Positions 13,572 through 28,821 of a stretch of DNA of 64,000 nt are shown here, one piece after another. Within the stretch, counting starts at the first letter, position 1, and the number at the start of each line of letters is the position of its first letter. Source of the DNA: the human T2T-CHM13v2.0 reference genome, Homo sapiens. The DNA is taken from assembly GCF_009914755.1 (NCBI RefSeq), contig NC_060925.1; one strand, written 5' to 3'. A model generated the notes under the pieces. That model did not search any database, had not been told where the DNA came from, and was given only the letters and a program-made list of their open reading frames with translations. The translations under genes and the position numbers were made by a program.

Positions 13572-14156
13572 TGTTTTGGGCTGGATTCCCTCTCAGGAAC
13601 AGACCTTGAATGAAAATTTTAGTACCTGTTTGGGAGGTGATACTGTTAGGAGGTGGTACTAGGAAACACCCTAGAGAGGAGCGCAGAAATAAGAAAGAGG
13701 AAAAAAAAAGAAAATGAATAAATGTTTATTGAACACAGTAGGCAACTGAGGTTTCATCTCTCTGGTGAACTCTAGGAGACATACAGCCTGTCTTATTGGG
13801 TATTCTGGGGTGCAGGGACCACTTGACATTTCCCTCCAGCCCCATATGGACTGGATGGGCTCCAAGGGTCAAAGGAAGTCCTTAAGCGAAGTCAGAGGCA
13901 GCATCTTCTGCATAATTTGTGGGGCCAAGTGTCAAACGAAAATGGGGGGCCCCTTGTTAAAAACGATTGAGGATTTCAGGAAGGTGACAGCAATGCATGA
14001 AACCAAGGCCCTTCTGAGCATGAGACCCTATGCAATTCTATAGATTGCACGTCTGTAAAATCACAGGAACTGGCATTTGGGATGTGTTGAGACAGAGTGC
14101 ACAGGAATGATGAATACCTCAGTGATGTGAGTGGGCTACCATCAGAGTCTCCTACA
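13572..14156 (-). mobile_element. LTR33-like ERVL solo LTR interrupted by MER45A
   Basis: TG..gggctggattccc..cagacc..tttgggaggtga..ggcaactgagg..; ends ggatgtgagtgggctacc..cctaCA. Confidence 0.65.
13899..14062 (-). mobile_element. MER45A-like hAT MITE
   Basis: cataatttgtggggccaagtg..aaaatggggggccccttgttaaaaa..gacagca..aaaccaaggcccttct. Confidence 0.75.
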
Positions 14157-14814
14157 ATCCACCCAAATACACTCAACTACAACTCTGATTATTTCTTTTA
14201 ATTGGATTTCCAGAAATGGAATTATCAGACAAAAGCCTATGAATGTGTTTATGTCTCTTGACATCAATTGCCAAATTCTATATAGGAAAATTACATAAAT
14301 ATTCCTGTTCTGTTCACTGTACCTTTGTTCACTGTACCCTTACTAAGGTAGGTATAATTTTTCTTTATTTATATAAATTTGAAGGTGTCAAAAATGGCAT
14401 TTCAGAGTTGTTTCTACCATGCATTGTTTTTGCTAAAGATAACATGAGAAATATTTGCATATATTTTTGGTCATTTGTATTTTGTGTATAAAATTCATGT
14501 GAAAATGCAAAGGAGCCACAAAAGCCAAAACAATTTTGACAAAAAACAACACTTTGTACTTACACTACCTGATTTTAAAACTTAACTATAAAGCTACAGG
14601 AATCAAGACACTGTGGTGTTGGCGTAAATTTGGCATCAATGAAAAGGATGGGAGTTCAGAAATAGATGCACACATATATGATCAATACATTTTGGGCAAA
14701 AAGTGTGAAGGAAATACAATGGAAAAAGATGGTCTTTTCAACATATGGCGATGGCACAATTGCATGTCCATATGCAAAACAACAAAAACAAAACTTCACC
14801 CTTAGCTTAGACCA

Positions 14815-15427
14815 TATAGAAAATGTAGTATCTATATATATGTATAGCCTGTTTACCCATCTCCCTACTTGTGCCTTTGCCTACTGTTTTAGGTTGGATT
14901 CTCTCTCAGGATCAGACGTTGAATGAAAATTGTAGTACCTGTTTCGGAGGCAATGCTATTAGGAGGTGGTACTACGAAACACCCCACAGAAGAGTGCAGA
15001 AATGAGAAAGAGATATATATAGGCGCGCGCGTGCACACACACACACACACACACACTAGGGAATACTATGCGGCCACGAAAAAAGAATGAGATCATGTAT
15101 TCTGCAGGAACATGAATGCAGCCGGAGGCTATCATCCTTAGCAAGCTAACACAGGAATAGAAAACTAAATACCACATGTTCTCACTTATAAATGGGACCT
15201 AAGTGATAAGAACTTATGATCACAAAGAAGAAAACAGCAGACACTGGGGTCCACTAGAGGAGGAGAAGGGGAGGAGGGAGAGAAGCAGAAAAGACAACTA
15301 TTGGGCATTGGGCTTAATAGCTGAGTGATGAAAAATATGTACAGCACATCCCCATGACACATGTTTACCTATGTAACAAACCTTCATATGTACACCCAAA
15401 TCGAAAATAAAAGTTTTTAAAAAAAAG
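14815..15427 (+). mobile_element. L1PA13-16-like 3' end, carrying a 168-bp foreign insert
   Basis: atagaaaatgtagtat..[insert]..ggaatactatgcggcc..gaatgagatcatg..cagacactggggtc..tttacctatgtaacaaacc..aataaaag..polyA. Confidence 0.85.
14845..15012 (+). repeat. Local direct duplicate of 13532-13699 (168 bp, about 88% identical, no indels)
   Basis: Manual alignment at offset 1313, about 20 substitutions. Confidence 0.95.
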
Positions 15428-16547
15428 AAACTCAAAATGAGTCACAGAATTAAAATAAGACTGAAAAGTATAAAACATCCAGATGAAAACAGGAACATTT
15501 CAGAAGCAACAAAGATTTCTGAATAGAACATAGACAGCATAAATTATTAAAGAATAAGTTGAACTTCATCAAAATTAATATGATAAGTTTTCATCTTCAA
15601 AAGTCACTGCCAAACAAATGAAAAGACAAGTTGTAGACTGGGAGAAAATATCTGCAAAAAGTATACCAGATAAAGGGCTTCTTTTAGTTGTAAACATTTT
15701 ACAACACAATAATAAAAAGACAATCCAACAAAAACCGGCAACATATTTGAGAAGACATTTATCGAAGATGTATGGATTGCAAATAAACAAAAGAAATGAC
15801 CCTCAATATCATTGGTCATTAAACAAACACAAAATCACAGTGAGATAACACCACACATCTACTGTTATGTCTCCAATTAGAAAAACTAACAAAGCCGTGT
15901 GTTGGCAGGATGTGGTACAAACGGAACTCTCATGTATTACTGTTGAAAATGTAAAATGGAACAGCCACTTTAGAAAATAATGTCATAGTTTCTTATAGAA
16001 TTAAACATACAATTATCATGTGACCCTAAAATTTCATCCTTAGATAATTTATTCAAGACAAATATTAATAAAAGCATGCCCCCATAAATGGACTTGAACT
16101 TGAATGCTCACAGCAGCTTTTAAAACTGCTGCTGCTCACAGCAGTTTTTAAGCCATAAGCCAAAAAGCTGAAAACAATCTAAATGTCCATCGGTTTCTAA
16201 ATGACTAAGTAGATTGTAGTATATCCACAGAAAGGTTACTCGTCAATAAGAAGAATACTAATAAGGCCACAATATATACAAATCTCAAGTAGTATGCTTA
16301 ATGAAAAAATATGGCCCCAAAATAGTATATACTGTATGATGTGAAATACATAGCAAATTATCTTAGCACCTTTATCTTTCCCGTTGGTTTACAATGCTTC
16401 GACACTATATTACAATTCTGTGTGTGTGTGTGTGTCTATTTCAAGACTTGTTTTTTCATTTTATCTGTCAGTTTACATGCCAGCAACATTTTTTAATGTA
16501 TAGCTTAGTATGAGTTTTAATACCTTTCACATCAAATTCTTCCATGA

Positions 16548-16802
<255 letters not shown>

Positions 16803-16964
16803 TAAAAGGAAAAAGCTGACAACAATAAATTACCAAACTACCTCCAAATGATTTCTCAATAAAAAATTGTGATAAATTGCAGATTACTTTAGAAGAATTA
16901 AGATTTTCAAATCAGTAAGTACTTCAATTATGATATATAATATGTTTTTCCATTTAACTAAGTA

Positions 16965-17671
16965 CAGTAAGTCCTCCCTTAGCTGCGGGGGGATTATGTT
17001 CCAAGTCTGCCAATGGATGTCTGAAACCAAGGACGCTGACCAAACCCAAATGCCATCAATTGGAACAGACTTCTGTTTATGTCTTCCACACACAAATTTA
17101 CTGTCTTTTTCATCTTAACTAAGCACTCACCAAGCACTGTGGCCTTAACTTTTGCAGTTTGAAGTACATCAGCAAAACTAGCATGCATTTCTTTTTGCTT
17201 CTTTGCAATTTCACAGATAGAAGACTCATTTTTACTGTAGATCTTAGTAACTCCCACATATAATTTTTAAATTTATTTAGTCAAGGACATTGACCTTTTC
17301 AATTGATGCCGTCTCTTTAGCATATCCGAATTACCAGTATCACCACTCTTGTGCTTTGAGGCCATTATTAAGTAAAATAAGGGTGACTTGAACACAAGCA
17401 ACCACAACAGTCAATCTGATTACACACATGGCAGCTAAATGACTAATGGGCAGGGAGTATTTACAGTATGGATAACTCGTAGAAGAGAAGATTCACATCC
17501 CAGGCAAGATGGAGTGTGAAGGTGTGAGATTTCATCATCCTATTCAGAACAGTGTGCACTTTAAAGCTTATCAATAATTTCTGGAATATTTTATTTAAAA
17601 TTTTTAAATCACAGTTGACCATGGTTAACTAAAACCATGGGAAGTGAAACCATGAATAAGAGGGACTACTG
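16965..17671 (-). mobile_element. MER44C/D-like (Tigger7 family) non-autonomous DNA transposon
   Basis: TA-CAGTAAGTCCTCCCTTA...TAAGAGGGACTACTG-TA TIRs, 707 bp. Minus ORF 16994-17257 (KIYSKNESSICEI..TAKV..KCLVKM-like) resembles a pogo HTH. Confidence 0.88.
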
Positions 17672-17998
17672 TATGTTTTCAGGCTTAGGTAACTTGTTAA
17701 TTAGTATCTATGTATATACATATTTATATGCATGTACATTTCAAATGTATTTATGTAGTGTGCACAAACACCTATATGTATGCTACAGATTTTAAATTGA
17801 GATTATCCATATAAATTTTATAAGTTTTGTTGCATTTTCCATATTACATTTTCCAAATGGTTATTTGAAATATATAGGAAATTTTTTTTCTATTCATTTT
17901 TGTTCTAGTAAAGTCAGTATATTTTCTAAGTAGTTCTAAGTAATTTATCTGTTATTACTGTTGCTATATGTTATTTTATCTTAAACAGTAACAATTTT

Positions 17999-18291
17999 GG
18001 CTGGGCGCAGTGGCTCACGCCTGTAATCCCAGCACTTTGGGAGGCCTAGGAGGGGAGATCACCTGAGGTCGGGAGTTCAAGACCAGCCTGACCAACATGG
18101 AGAAACCCCATCTCTACTAAAAATACAAAATTAGCTGGACGTGGTGGCGCATGCCTGTAATCCCAGCTATTCGGGAGGCTGAGGCAGGAGAATCGCTTGA
18201 ATCCGCGAGGTGGGAGTTGCGGTGAGCCAAGATCACACCATTGCACTACAGCCTGGGCAACAAGAGTGAAACTCCGTCTCAAAAAAAAAAA
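17999..18291 (+). mobile_element. AluSp
   Basis: gtcgggagttc, ctgaccaacatggagaaacc, gttgcggtgagcc, caacaagagtgaaact diagnostics; A tail. Confidence 0.92.
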
Positions 18292-18789
18292 GCAAAAATT
18301 TTTTGTTTTTTCCTTTCTAGTCATTATAAGTCTTATTTCTGTTACCAACCTCACCACAGTGAATAGAGCATTCAGAACATCAGTCTTACTCCTGATTTTA
18401 ATAGAATTCCTAGAACAATTTGCTATTAGTAAGAGGTTAGGGAAGGTGTTAAAGAAGAATCCTTATGGAAGCAAGTTCTAGGGATGGGGGTTAGCTTTTA
18501 TTTAATATCATTTTAGCATTGAACTAGGAGTTTGTCCAGATCACAGCATGGACAAGAATTATACCAGAAACATGGATAAGATTGCTCACACTTTAGCTTC
18601 CTACTGAAGAAAAAGAAAAGCAGTGCAAAGAATGCACATAATATTAAGGGTATGTGAGAGCTGCAGCTCCTTGATGCCTTCCCAGTTAATCAGAGTGAGA
18701 AGATGACTACCCTGAAGGAGTCTAGGACTAGAAGTTCCTAGTTTGGGCATGAGATGAAGCTAGAATAGGAGAAAGTGGACATGTAAGCA

Positions 18790-20090
18790 CTCAAAGTCCA
18801 TTCTATTACCACATGACTAAGATTCTCTATGTACTGCTGTGATATATTTTCAAATTCTGTTTCTTCATATATCATTGTTCTTATTTGGGTGTTCAGTATA
18901 GTATATCTGGCCACAGCCTAACACAAGAAACTATTAAAGTCCCCATATTTTATTTATTCAATTGTATGTAATGTATTATATTAATGTATTGCCTTAAAGC
19001 TAAGTGAGCTTTTCATTCTTGATAGAGTCTTTACGTGGTTAGGGTAGATATTGTTTAATTTATAATCCAAATATTTTATAAAAGATTTTGACAACAAAAG
19101 CATTTTAATTTTAGGATTTCTCAAATTTTACATATTTGTGTTAAAATTTGGCAGCAATTGGCATTAGGGTTTTTCTAGCTTCTGAAATAAACTTGTATTT
19201 TTTCACCATAGTTGATGCTCTGGAATAGATGCTAGGATATGGGAAATACCTATACCTTAGAAAAACTGTAACTGTATAAACCTAAATATTTTTTGATGAT
19301 GTTTTCAGTCTCCTCCATGATAATTCATCAGTATAGTTTGCTTTTCTTGAATAAATATTTATTTCCTAGAAAATGACTCTGTTTATTGAAAATTTCAAAT
19401 ATTTAACACATATTTTCAAAAAGCAAATGTATAACTTAAAACAAAAACTCCACCTTTGTTGCTATACTTTCTTCTTTATAATTTACTGGGTCATGTTTTA
19501 TTTTTCTAATTCATTAATTTGTCTTTATATTTGGTATTATTTTTCCTTGCAATTGCTTTTGTTGCTGTCCTGGCTCTCAATTCACATCTTTAATTGAACT
19601 TTAAATATTGATTTTAATTACATTGCTTAACTTTTATCAAAATGTTTTACTCTCATTAATTCCTATGTAGCTTGTATTTATATTTTTAACTTTAAATTTT
19701 TTTGTCAACTTTTATGAGAAAATTGTTTAACCTCTATTTTATTTATTTACTTACATTTTAATTTCTGCTATATTGACAGACATTATAAAATGGAATCTTT
19801 ATATTTCTATCTGGTAGAATTTTCCTTCTTGTTTAGTCTGTGACTAATTATTAAAAATAATCCAATTAATTTAAAATAATAATTATTTAAATATCTTGAA
19901 ATTAAGATATAATCCCTATAATTCTTAAAGTTGAAAAAACCCATCAACTAAAGTGTTGATCAAATTACCTTTCTGCCCAAAATTCTATCTTTTAAATATT
20001 AATTATTATCTTTGTTTACTTTTATTTGCCTAATATCATCCATATCTTGTCTGCTGCCATGGTAACTATACATCTGCTGATTATCAATTA
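18790..20090 (-). mobile_element. Highly degraded ancient L1ME-like sequence
   Basis: T-rich antisense L1-like text (tatttcctagaaaatg..ttgaaaatttcaaatattt). Boundaries uncertain. Confidence 0.4.
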
Positions 20091-20904
20091 TAAACAGGAG
20101 TTGTACATGCATTTAAGTTTGGACCTTTAGGGGAATTTGTATACAAAAGATAATGTATTGGATATTTCCCTAGCCTTTTATCATTTAAATAATATAGGGC
20201 ACAGAAACAAACAAAAGCATCAGAAGTCAAAATTATCTGTAATTATCTTTGGTTTGCCTACAGCATCTGTATTCAGAGTGCAGATATAGGGCACTATGTA
20301 TCATTTAATATGAAAGGCAACATCTTGGAGTTTTAGAAATTCCTGTAAGAATTTGAAAAAAAAAAAAACTTCATGATGCCCTGCAAACAAAAAGTAAAAC
20401 AGAAATTATATATGAATGAGATATATTGTCATTCTTTTAGAGGGTCAGTTCAGTTTCATAGAAATGCGGCAAGTTGACAGGATTCAACAAAGTGTTTTTC
20501 TTTTCATGTTAAGTCATCTCATTTGCCAAATAGATCCCATTAATTAAGTAGAGCAACCACAAGGAGAATAAAACAGTAAATGAAAAATAAAGCACTTTTT
20601 AAAGAGTTGTCATGGGCAATCAGCTATTTTTAGTGACTGGTTATATAGTCACAGCTACTACTTAGTCAAGTGAAGAGACAGTGAAAACCCAAATTTAGAA
20701 CATTTACACTGTAGCTCAGTGATGAGACAGTACCTGTCCAACATATTTTTCATATCTTCGTACCCAGACAGGAGTTTTCCTTTTTTTTTTAGTTTTTATA
20801 CTATAGAACAATGGTAAAACTGTTATAAAAAGCTCCTGCTGCTACTTCTGAGCTAGCTGTGCTGTAGTTAAAAAAAAAAAACAAAAAAAACAAAAACCAC
20901 AACT

Positions 20905-21255
20905 CGCTTTAGAACTGAAAGGCAGGTTTGAGATTTAGTTCTGACACTACTAACCGTTTGACATTGAGAAAGCCATTTAACCTCTAAGTTCCTGTTATGT
21001 TACTTGTAATATGAGAAACTTTTGGAAAGAGGGAGAAACTCAAATTTAATGAGACCTTCCTCTTTTCTAGACTCAATATCAGGAGATTCTTAAACACTCT
21101 CTTATGTAGTCTACACAGTAATTCAAGTGTTATGTGTGATTAGTTGCAGTTTATAAATTTAGAAATTAGTATTTCCCTAAGTTTAGAACTAAGCTATTGG
21201 TCACACAACTACTAAATATTTGGATCTAAACTGTGGTCTGTCTGACTCTGAAAAC
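20905..21255. mobile_element. Two MIR fragments (+ then -)
   Basis: tctgacactactaaccg..agccatttaacctctaag; ggtcacacaacta..ggtctgtctgactctgaaa. Confidence 0.6.
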
Positions 21256-21833
21256 ATTTGGACATATTGTGTTAGGGCTTGAGGAACCAAAAAGAAACTC
21301 TAGAAATAGCAGAAATGAAGAAATCCCTGTTTGGCTTTAGTAACAGACTAAACATAGTGGATAAAATCAGTAAACTTGAAGACAGGTCAAGAGAAAAATT
21401 CCACACTGAAACAGAAAGGAACGATAATAATAATAACATAACAATAATATCAACAAGAGACTAGTGTATGAAATATGTGGGAAGTATAAAATAATCAAAA
21501 GTACTTGCATTTGGATTCCCAGAAGGTGAGGAGAGAGACAGACAATGGGGCAGAAGAAATATTTGAAGACATAACAGGCAATAACTTATTGAACCTAATG
21601 AAAACTTCAGCTCACAAACCCCAGAAGTTCACGGAGTCCCAAGAGTGATAAATACCAAGAAGCAACATTAGCTAGAAAACAATCAAATGACATTTAAGAA
21701 GTGTTGGTAGAAATTAAAAAAAAAAAAAACTGTTAAACAAGCATTCTATATCCAGTGAAAATACCCTTTTATATTTAAAAACATATTTATATTTTTTACT
21801 ATTTAAAATATATATTTTTTAATATTTAAAAAA

Positions 21834-22011
21834 TGAAAACATGTGGACATATTGTGTTAGGGCATGAGGAACCAAAAGGAAACTCCAGAAATAGCAGAAA
21901 TGAAGAAATCACTGTTTGGCTTTAGTAGCAGACTAAACATAGTGGATAAAATCAGTAAACTTGAAGACAGGTCAAGAGAAAAATTCCACACTAAAACAGA
22001 AAGGGATGATA
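21834..22011 (+). repeat. Local direct duplicate of 21249-21426 (178 bp, about 95% identical, no indels)
   Basis: Manual alignment at offset 585, 9 substitutions. Confidence 0.96.
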
Positions 22012-22354
22012 GTTAAAAATTTTTTTTTAATATTTAAAAAATATATTTGTTAGTGTTTAAAAAATCATTTTTGAAGCATTAAAGCAAAACAAAGCTAATT
22101 GCAAACAGGAAAAAAATGGAATAAAATCGTTTCTACTTGACCTGTACTTTAAGAGATATTGAAGATAGTTCTTCAGATGGAAGAAAAACATTACCATATG
22201 AAACTTTGACTCTTCAAGGCAAGAATGAAGAACAGCAGTAAGGGTGAGTATTTGGGCAAATTTTGAAAGCATTTTGTGGTAGATCTATTTACATAATATA
22301 TATTATGATGCTATAGTAGATCTACTGATGCCTCCCCCTAGCTTAATTATTTTT

Positions 22355-22790
22355 GTGTGTTTGTATATTAATGGCACCAATTAATTATGCCTCCCAGTAT
22401 TAATTCTCATATGCAGTCCCCTCTCAGATTCACTCAGTGTCACCATGTGACTTTCTTTGGCCAGTTAACAAGCATGACATAAGCAGACACTCAAAAAGAG
22501 CTGGCATATAAAGGCTAGTCCTGGAATTCTTCATGGAGTCCAGCTCCATATTGTTATAATGAGGTTACCTTGAGACAGACCTTGGAAGGGGAGAGACCTT
22601 TTTTGGGCATTCCAGCTCCAGCCAAGCTCACAACTGAATTCAGCCATTTGACCTAAACCAACATCACAGGGAGTAGAATTGCTTAGTTGAGCACTGTCCA
22701 ATTCCTGACCAACAGGAGGTAAAGAATCAATAAATCATCATTGTTTTCAGCTGCTGACATTTTTTTCTGGAGCAGATACATATCTATAGA
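22355..22790 (+). mobile_element. MLT1 (G/H-like) MaLR solo LTR
   Basis: ccatgtgactttctttggcca..agcagacact..ccagccaagc..aattcctgacc..aataaatcatcattgttttcagctgct. Confidence 0.7.
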
Positions 22791-24320
22791 AATGGAATTG
22801 TGTGATAAGATTCTTATCTTGCTCATGAAGTAGGATATATTGGTTAAGGTAGGCTGTGATAACTTAAAGGTGAACATTTTAATCTTTAAGTAACTATTAA
22901 AACTTTGTAGTAAATGTAGCCCAAAAAAATCAATAGAAGAAATAGAATACTGAATAATTTCCAATTAATTCTAAAGACCTCAGGAAAGGATGAATAGATA
23001 CAGAATAAATGGTATAAAAAGGAAAAGAGAATGCCTGCCAAGATGGCAGGTTTAAATACAAAATATCAAGTAATATAATAAAAATAAATAACCTAAACAC
23101 TCAATTGAAGGCAGAGAATGTCAGATTGAAAAACAGAGCAGGACTTTTCTAAATTTAGTTTATAAGAAATAGATGTAGATGGTAATAAGAGATACATTAT
23201 TTGAACATGTCAGATAAAGCTAATGCAGGAATTTTTTGGAAATTTGTAGTCTGAAATGCTTATTAGAAAAGATAGGCTAACAATTAATATGCTAAGCATC
23301 CAACTTAAGAAATTTGAAAAAAAGAAAAGAAGAAGTCTAGAAAATGTAGAAGGAAGAAAATAATAAAATAGAAAACAAAAATACATTCAAGAGGATATAA
23401 AAGGTAGTTCTTGGAACAACCGAAAAAAACTACAAATCTCTGCAAGATTGATTAAAAAGAAAGTGATAGAAGACAAACATAATCAATATAAGGAATGAAA
23501 AGGGGACAGATTAAGATAAGGCAAACAGTTTCAACAAGGGAGAAATACTGTGAACAACTTATGGAAATTTATTTGACAATCAGGTCAAATAAAAATTTTA
23601 TAACACATTATAAATTACTAAACTAATTTAATAGTACAGAAAACATTGGTGAACTTGTAATCATTACATAAATTGAACCACTTGTTAAAACCTAACTTCC
23701 AAAATAAAACAAATCTATCAGAGATATAAACCTATAGTAACAATTAAGGCAGTATGACACTGGCACAGAGATAGAGAAGGAAACCTACAAAAAAAAAATA
23801 TATAGAATCCTCAAAATGACCCCTTAATAAAGCAATACTGAAAGTGACTAGAATCAATGACTGAGCTACAGGGGTAGTTTGCCCAGTATACACTTTGGAA
23901 AGACCAAGTTTTAAATCAGACAAGATGGTTTGGAGTTTGCTTAGGTTCACTTTTTTTCTAGTTTCTTCAGTTATAAAATTGGAAAACAAACAAACAAAAA
24001 AAGCAATGTGCAGTCTTTTTATGTGTATTGAATAAAAGGATTTGAGAAAAAATCGGTACTCAACACATTCTCAAATAAGTAATGTCACTGTTCTCTTCAA
24101 CTGAGATACCCACATATTAAAGGAAACGATGCTGGATTAAAGAGAAGGTAAGTAAGAAAAATGTGACAATTCATATTTATTACTGTGTTCTTCCTTTATC
24201 TGTGCATTACTTTCTTTGTGTTTTTGACAGTTACACTGATTTATAAAAATTAAAATTAGCAAAGCAAAATCTAGATTTGATCAGTAAGAATATAACTAGT
24301 TTTCTCTCTTTTAAATTTTC

Positions 24321-24352
24321 CTCCCTCCCTTCCTTCCTTCCTTCCTTCCTTC
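24321..24352. repeat. (TTCC)n microsatellite
   Basis: Seen directly. Confidence 0.9.
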
Positions 24353-25689
24353 GAGAATGATTGCTACAGTTTTCATGAAAAACATGTAGCGAGTCATGAT
24401 ATGAAAGCATGCCTTAGGCAAGGGACAAAGGGACTTTGAGAAGTCTCAGAGTCATTGTACAATCCAAGAAGGTGTTTTATTGCCCACTTCTTTGCGTGTT
24501 AAAATATTCCCAGTTGAGAGTTGGGATAATAACTCACAACGATAATTTTAATTAATTAATTTTTTGTTAGAATTTTTAAAAATTATGTCTTTTGTTTTAG
24601 AAGCCTCAGGGCACAAACAGATTGTAAAAAAAAATCATTAATTAAATATTCTAAACAACCAATAGTAGCATTAGTAAAATGAAGAGGGGAAATTAAGCTT
24701 TCAGGAAAACACCGTACCCAGTGGACAAACTATCTCGTGCATTAAGATCAAGATCAAAAATTATCAGCTTGCTTAAAATTCAATACTGGACACCTGTAAG
24801 TGTGTCAGAGAAGCTTATGCAATAATGTTAGCTTTCTGAGCTATTCAGCAATTCTTGAAGTTCTGAGAATGCCAAATGCTCACGTGCCACTATTTTGACA
24901 GAGTTATAGAGACCCTGAATTAACGTTATAAAGAGATTCCTGTTTCCTCATGACAGGGATAGATTTGACACCTTGTGGCTTACCATTATCTGCCTTGAGA
25001 GTGTTCCAGCTCTGTGAATTTTTTCTAACAAGCTGAAGCAGGGAGTTTTCCGAATGCATCCAAATTATATGCAGTAATATTTCTTTTGTGAATAGTAGAT
25101 ATGACATTTCTGCCAGGCAATTTAATATGCCATGGTGAAATTAATGAGCAAACATCTAATAAGTTTGTTATTATTATGTTTCCTCTTTGCATTAACGAAA
25201 TAGAACAATAGTTTAACAATGTGTTGCCACAATTTTTTTCACATTAATTCATCTTCTCATTTCCATTTCTACTCAGTGTCCTCTCTCAACTCTCACCTAA
25301 TACATAGAGAATAAATAAGAAAAGAAAAAAAGGAATTAGCGTGTATTTTGTACTTAACATACACCAGGAAATATGCTCTTTTCCTCTTTATTATTTTTTT
25401 CAATCCTTAAAATAGTTTTATGTGATAGTTCATGTACTCTTCTTCATACGAATAAAATAAAAAGTAAAACTCAGAAAGGTTATGCCACCCTCCAATGCCA
25501 CACAGCAAATAAACTGCATAGCGGAGATATGAGTCCCAGATTGTGAGACTGCAAAAGCTAGGCAAAATATTCAGCCGACACTCATTTTGCACTCCCCAGT
25601 CATTGTGTGATATCTTGTAATGTCTCAAACAATTAAATCCTATGGATCCTGATTCCAACCTTGAATATCAGAAAACTTTAAGCAAAGAA

Positions 25690-25895
25690 TAATAAATAAT
25701 TCACAGTCCTTCTAGGTCAAGCCAGATTTATCCCCCTAGTAGTAAAGCTTTGAGCCTGATAGTATAAGTAGCATCTTCATTTTAAAGATGAGGGTAAAGA
25801 GGTATAAAAAGGGTACGAAACTTACCCAAGGTTTACACAGATAGCAAATGTTAGAACTAGACTGGATCTTTTAATGATTTTGTCGTATACTGCCT
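25690..25895 (-). mobile_element. MIR fragment
   Basis: cattttaaagatgagg..aacttacccaaggtttacacagatagcaaatg. Confidence 0.6.
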
Positions 25896-26198
25896 TCACG
25901 ATGTAAAGCAGCAGAGAGAAAGTTTAAAAAGTGGCTAAGAACTTTAACTTTCATTTCTGTTCACATTATTCCAATTATATTTTTTCTGGTAAGATATATA
26001 ATATGTTGACATCTAGGCTGGGTGTCTCAGAGTTACTGCAGCCTAATTTTCACACAGAGCATGAGAACGCATGGTATATTTTTCTATACTTAACATCATG
26101 TTTGAAGCTAAAAGGAACTTGCAAATTCAAGTAGGTTAGCTAAAGGAAAAAATAGTACATAAAAAATAACTTAAACTCTCCTGATGACAGAAATATAG

Positions 26199-28623
<2,425 letters not shown>

Positions 28624-28821
28624 TAAAAGTTATTTTTGATCAAACTAATACTTCACACATTATAAATATAAAAAGGATTATGATTTATCCAGTAGCCCTA
28701 ATAGCTAATAATAAATATGATTTTTTTTCTTTTTTTGATGTACAATTTACAATGGTGAAATTTTAATAAATTTGTTTGTCTCATGCTTCTTTCAGTTAAT
28801 GTTCTAACACAGGAATTTCTC

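Larger units (their letters stand above)
14490..16345 (+). mobile_element. Old L1M ORF2 end and 3'UTR, split by a younger L1PA insertion at about 14815-15427
   Basis: Translated remnants YKATGIKTLWCW, KDGLFNIWRW, MKRQVVDWEKISA. Sequence resumes at aactcaaaatg after the insert. Confidence 0.85.
21280..23720 (+). mobile_element. Old L1M ORF1 to early ORF2 remnants, interrupted by a local duplicate and an MLT1
   Basis: NQKETLEI..KISKLEDRS (ORF1-like); ttggattcccagaaggtgaggagagag; agcatccaacttaagaaatt..aggaatgaaaagggg. Confidence 0.75.

Noticed and set aside
14310-14340. Short tandem duplications (also 10918-40 and 57330-50)
   Set aside because: These are ordinary 10-15-bp slippage events.
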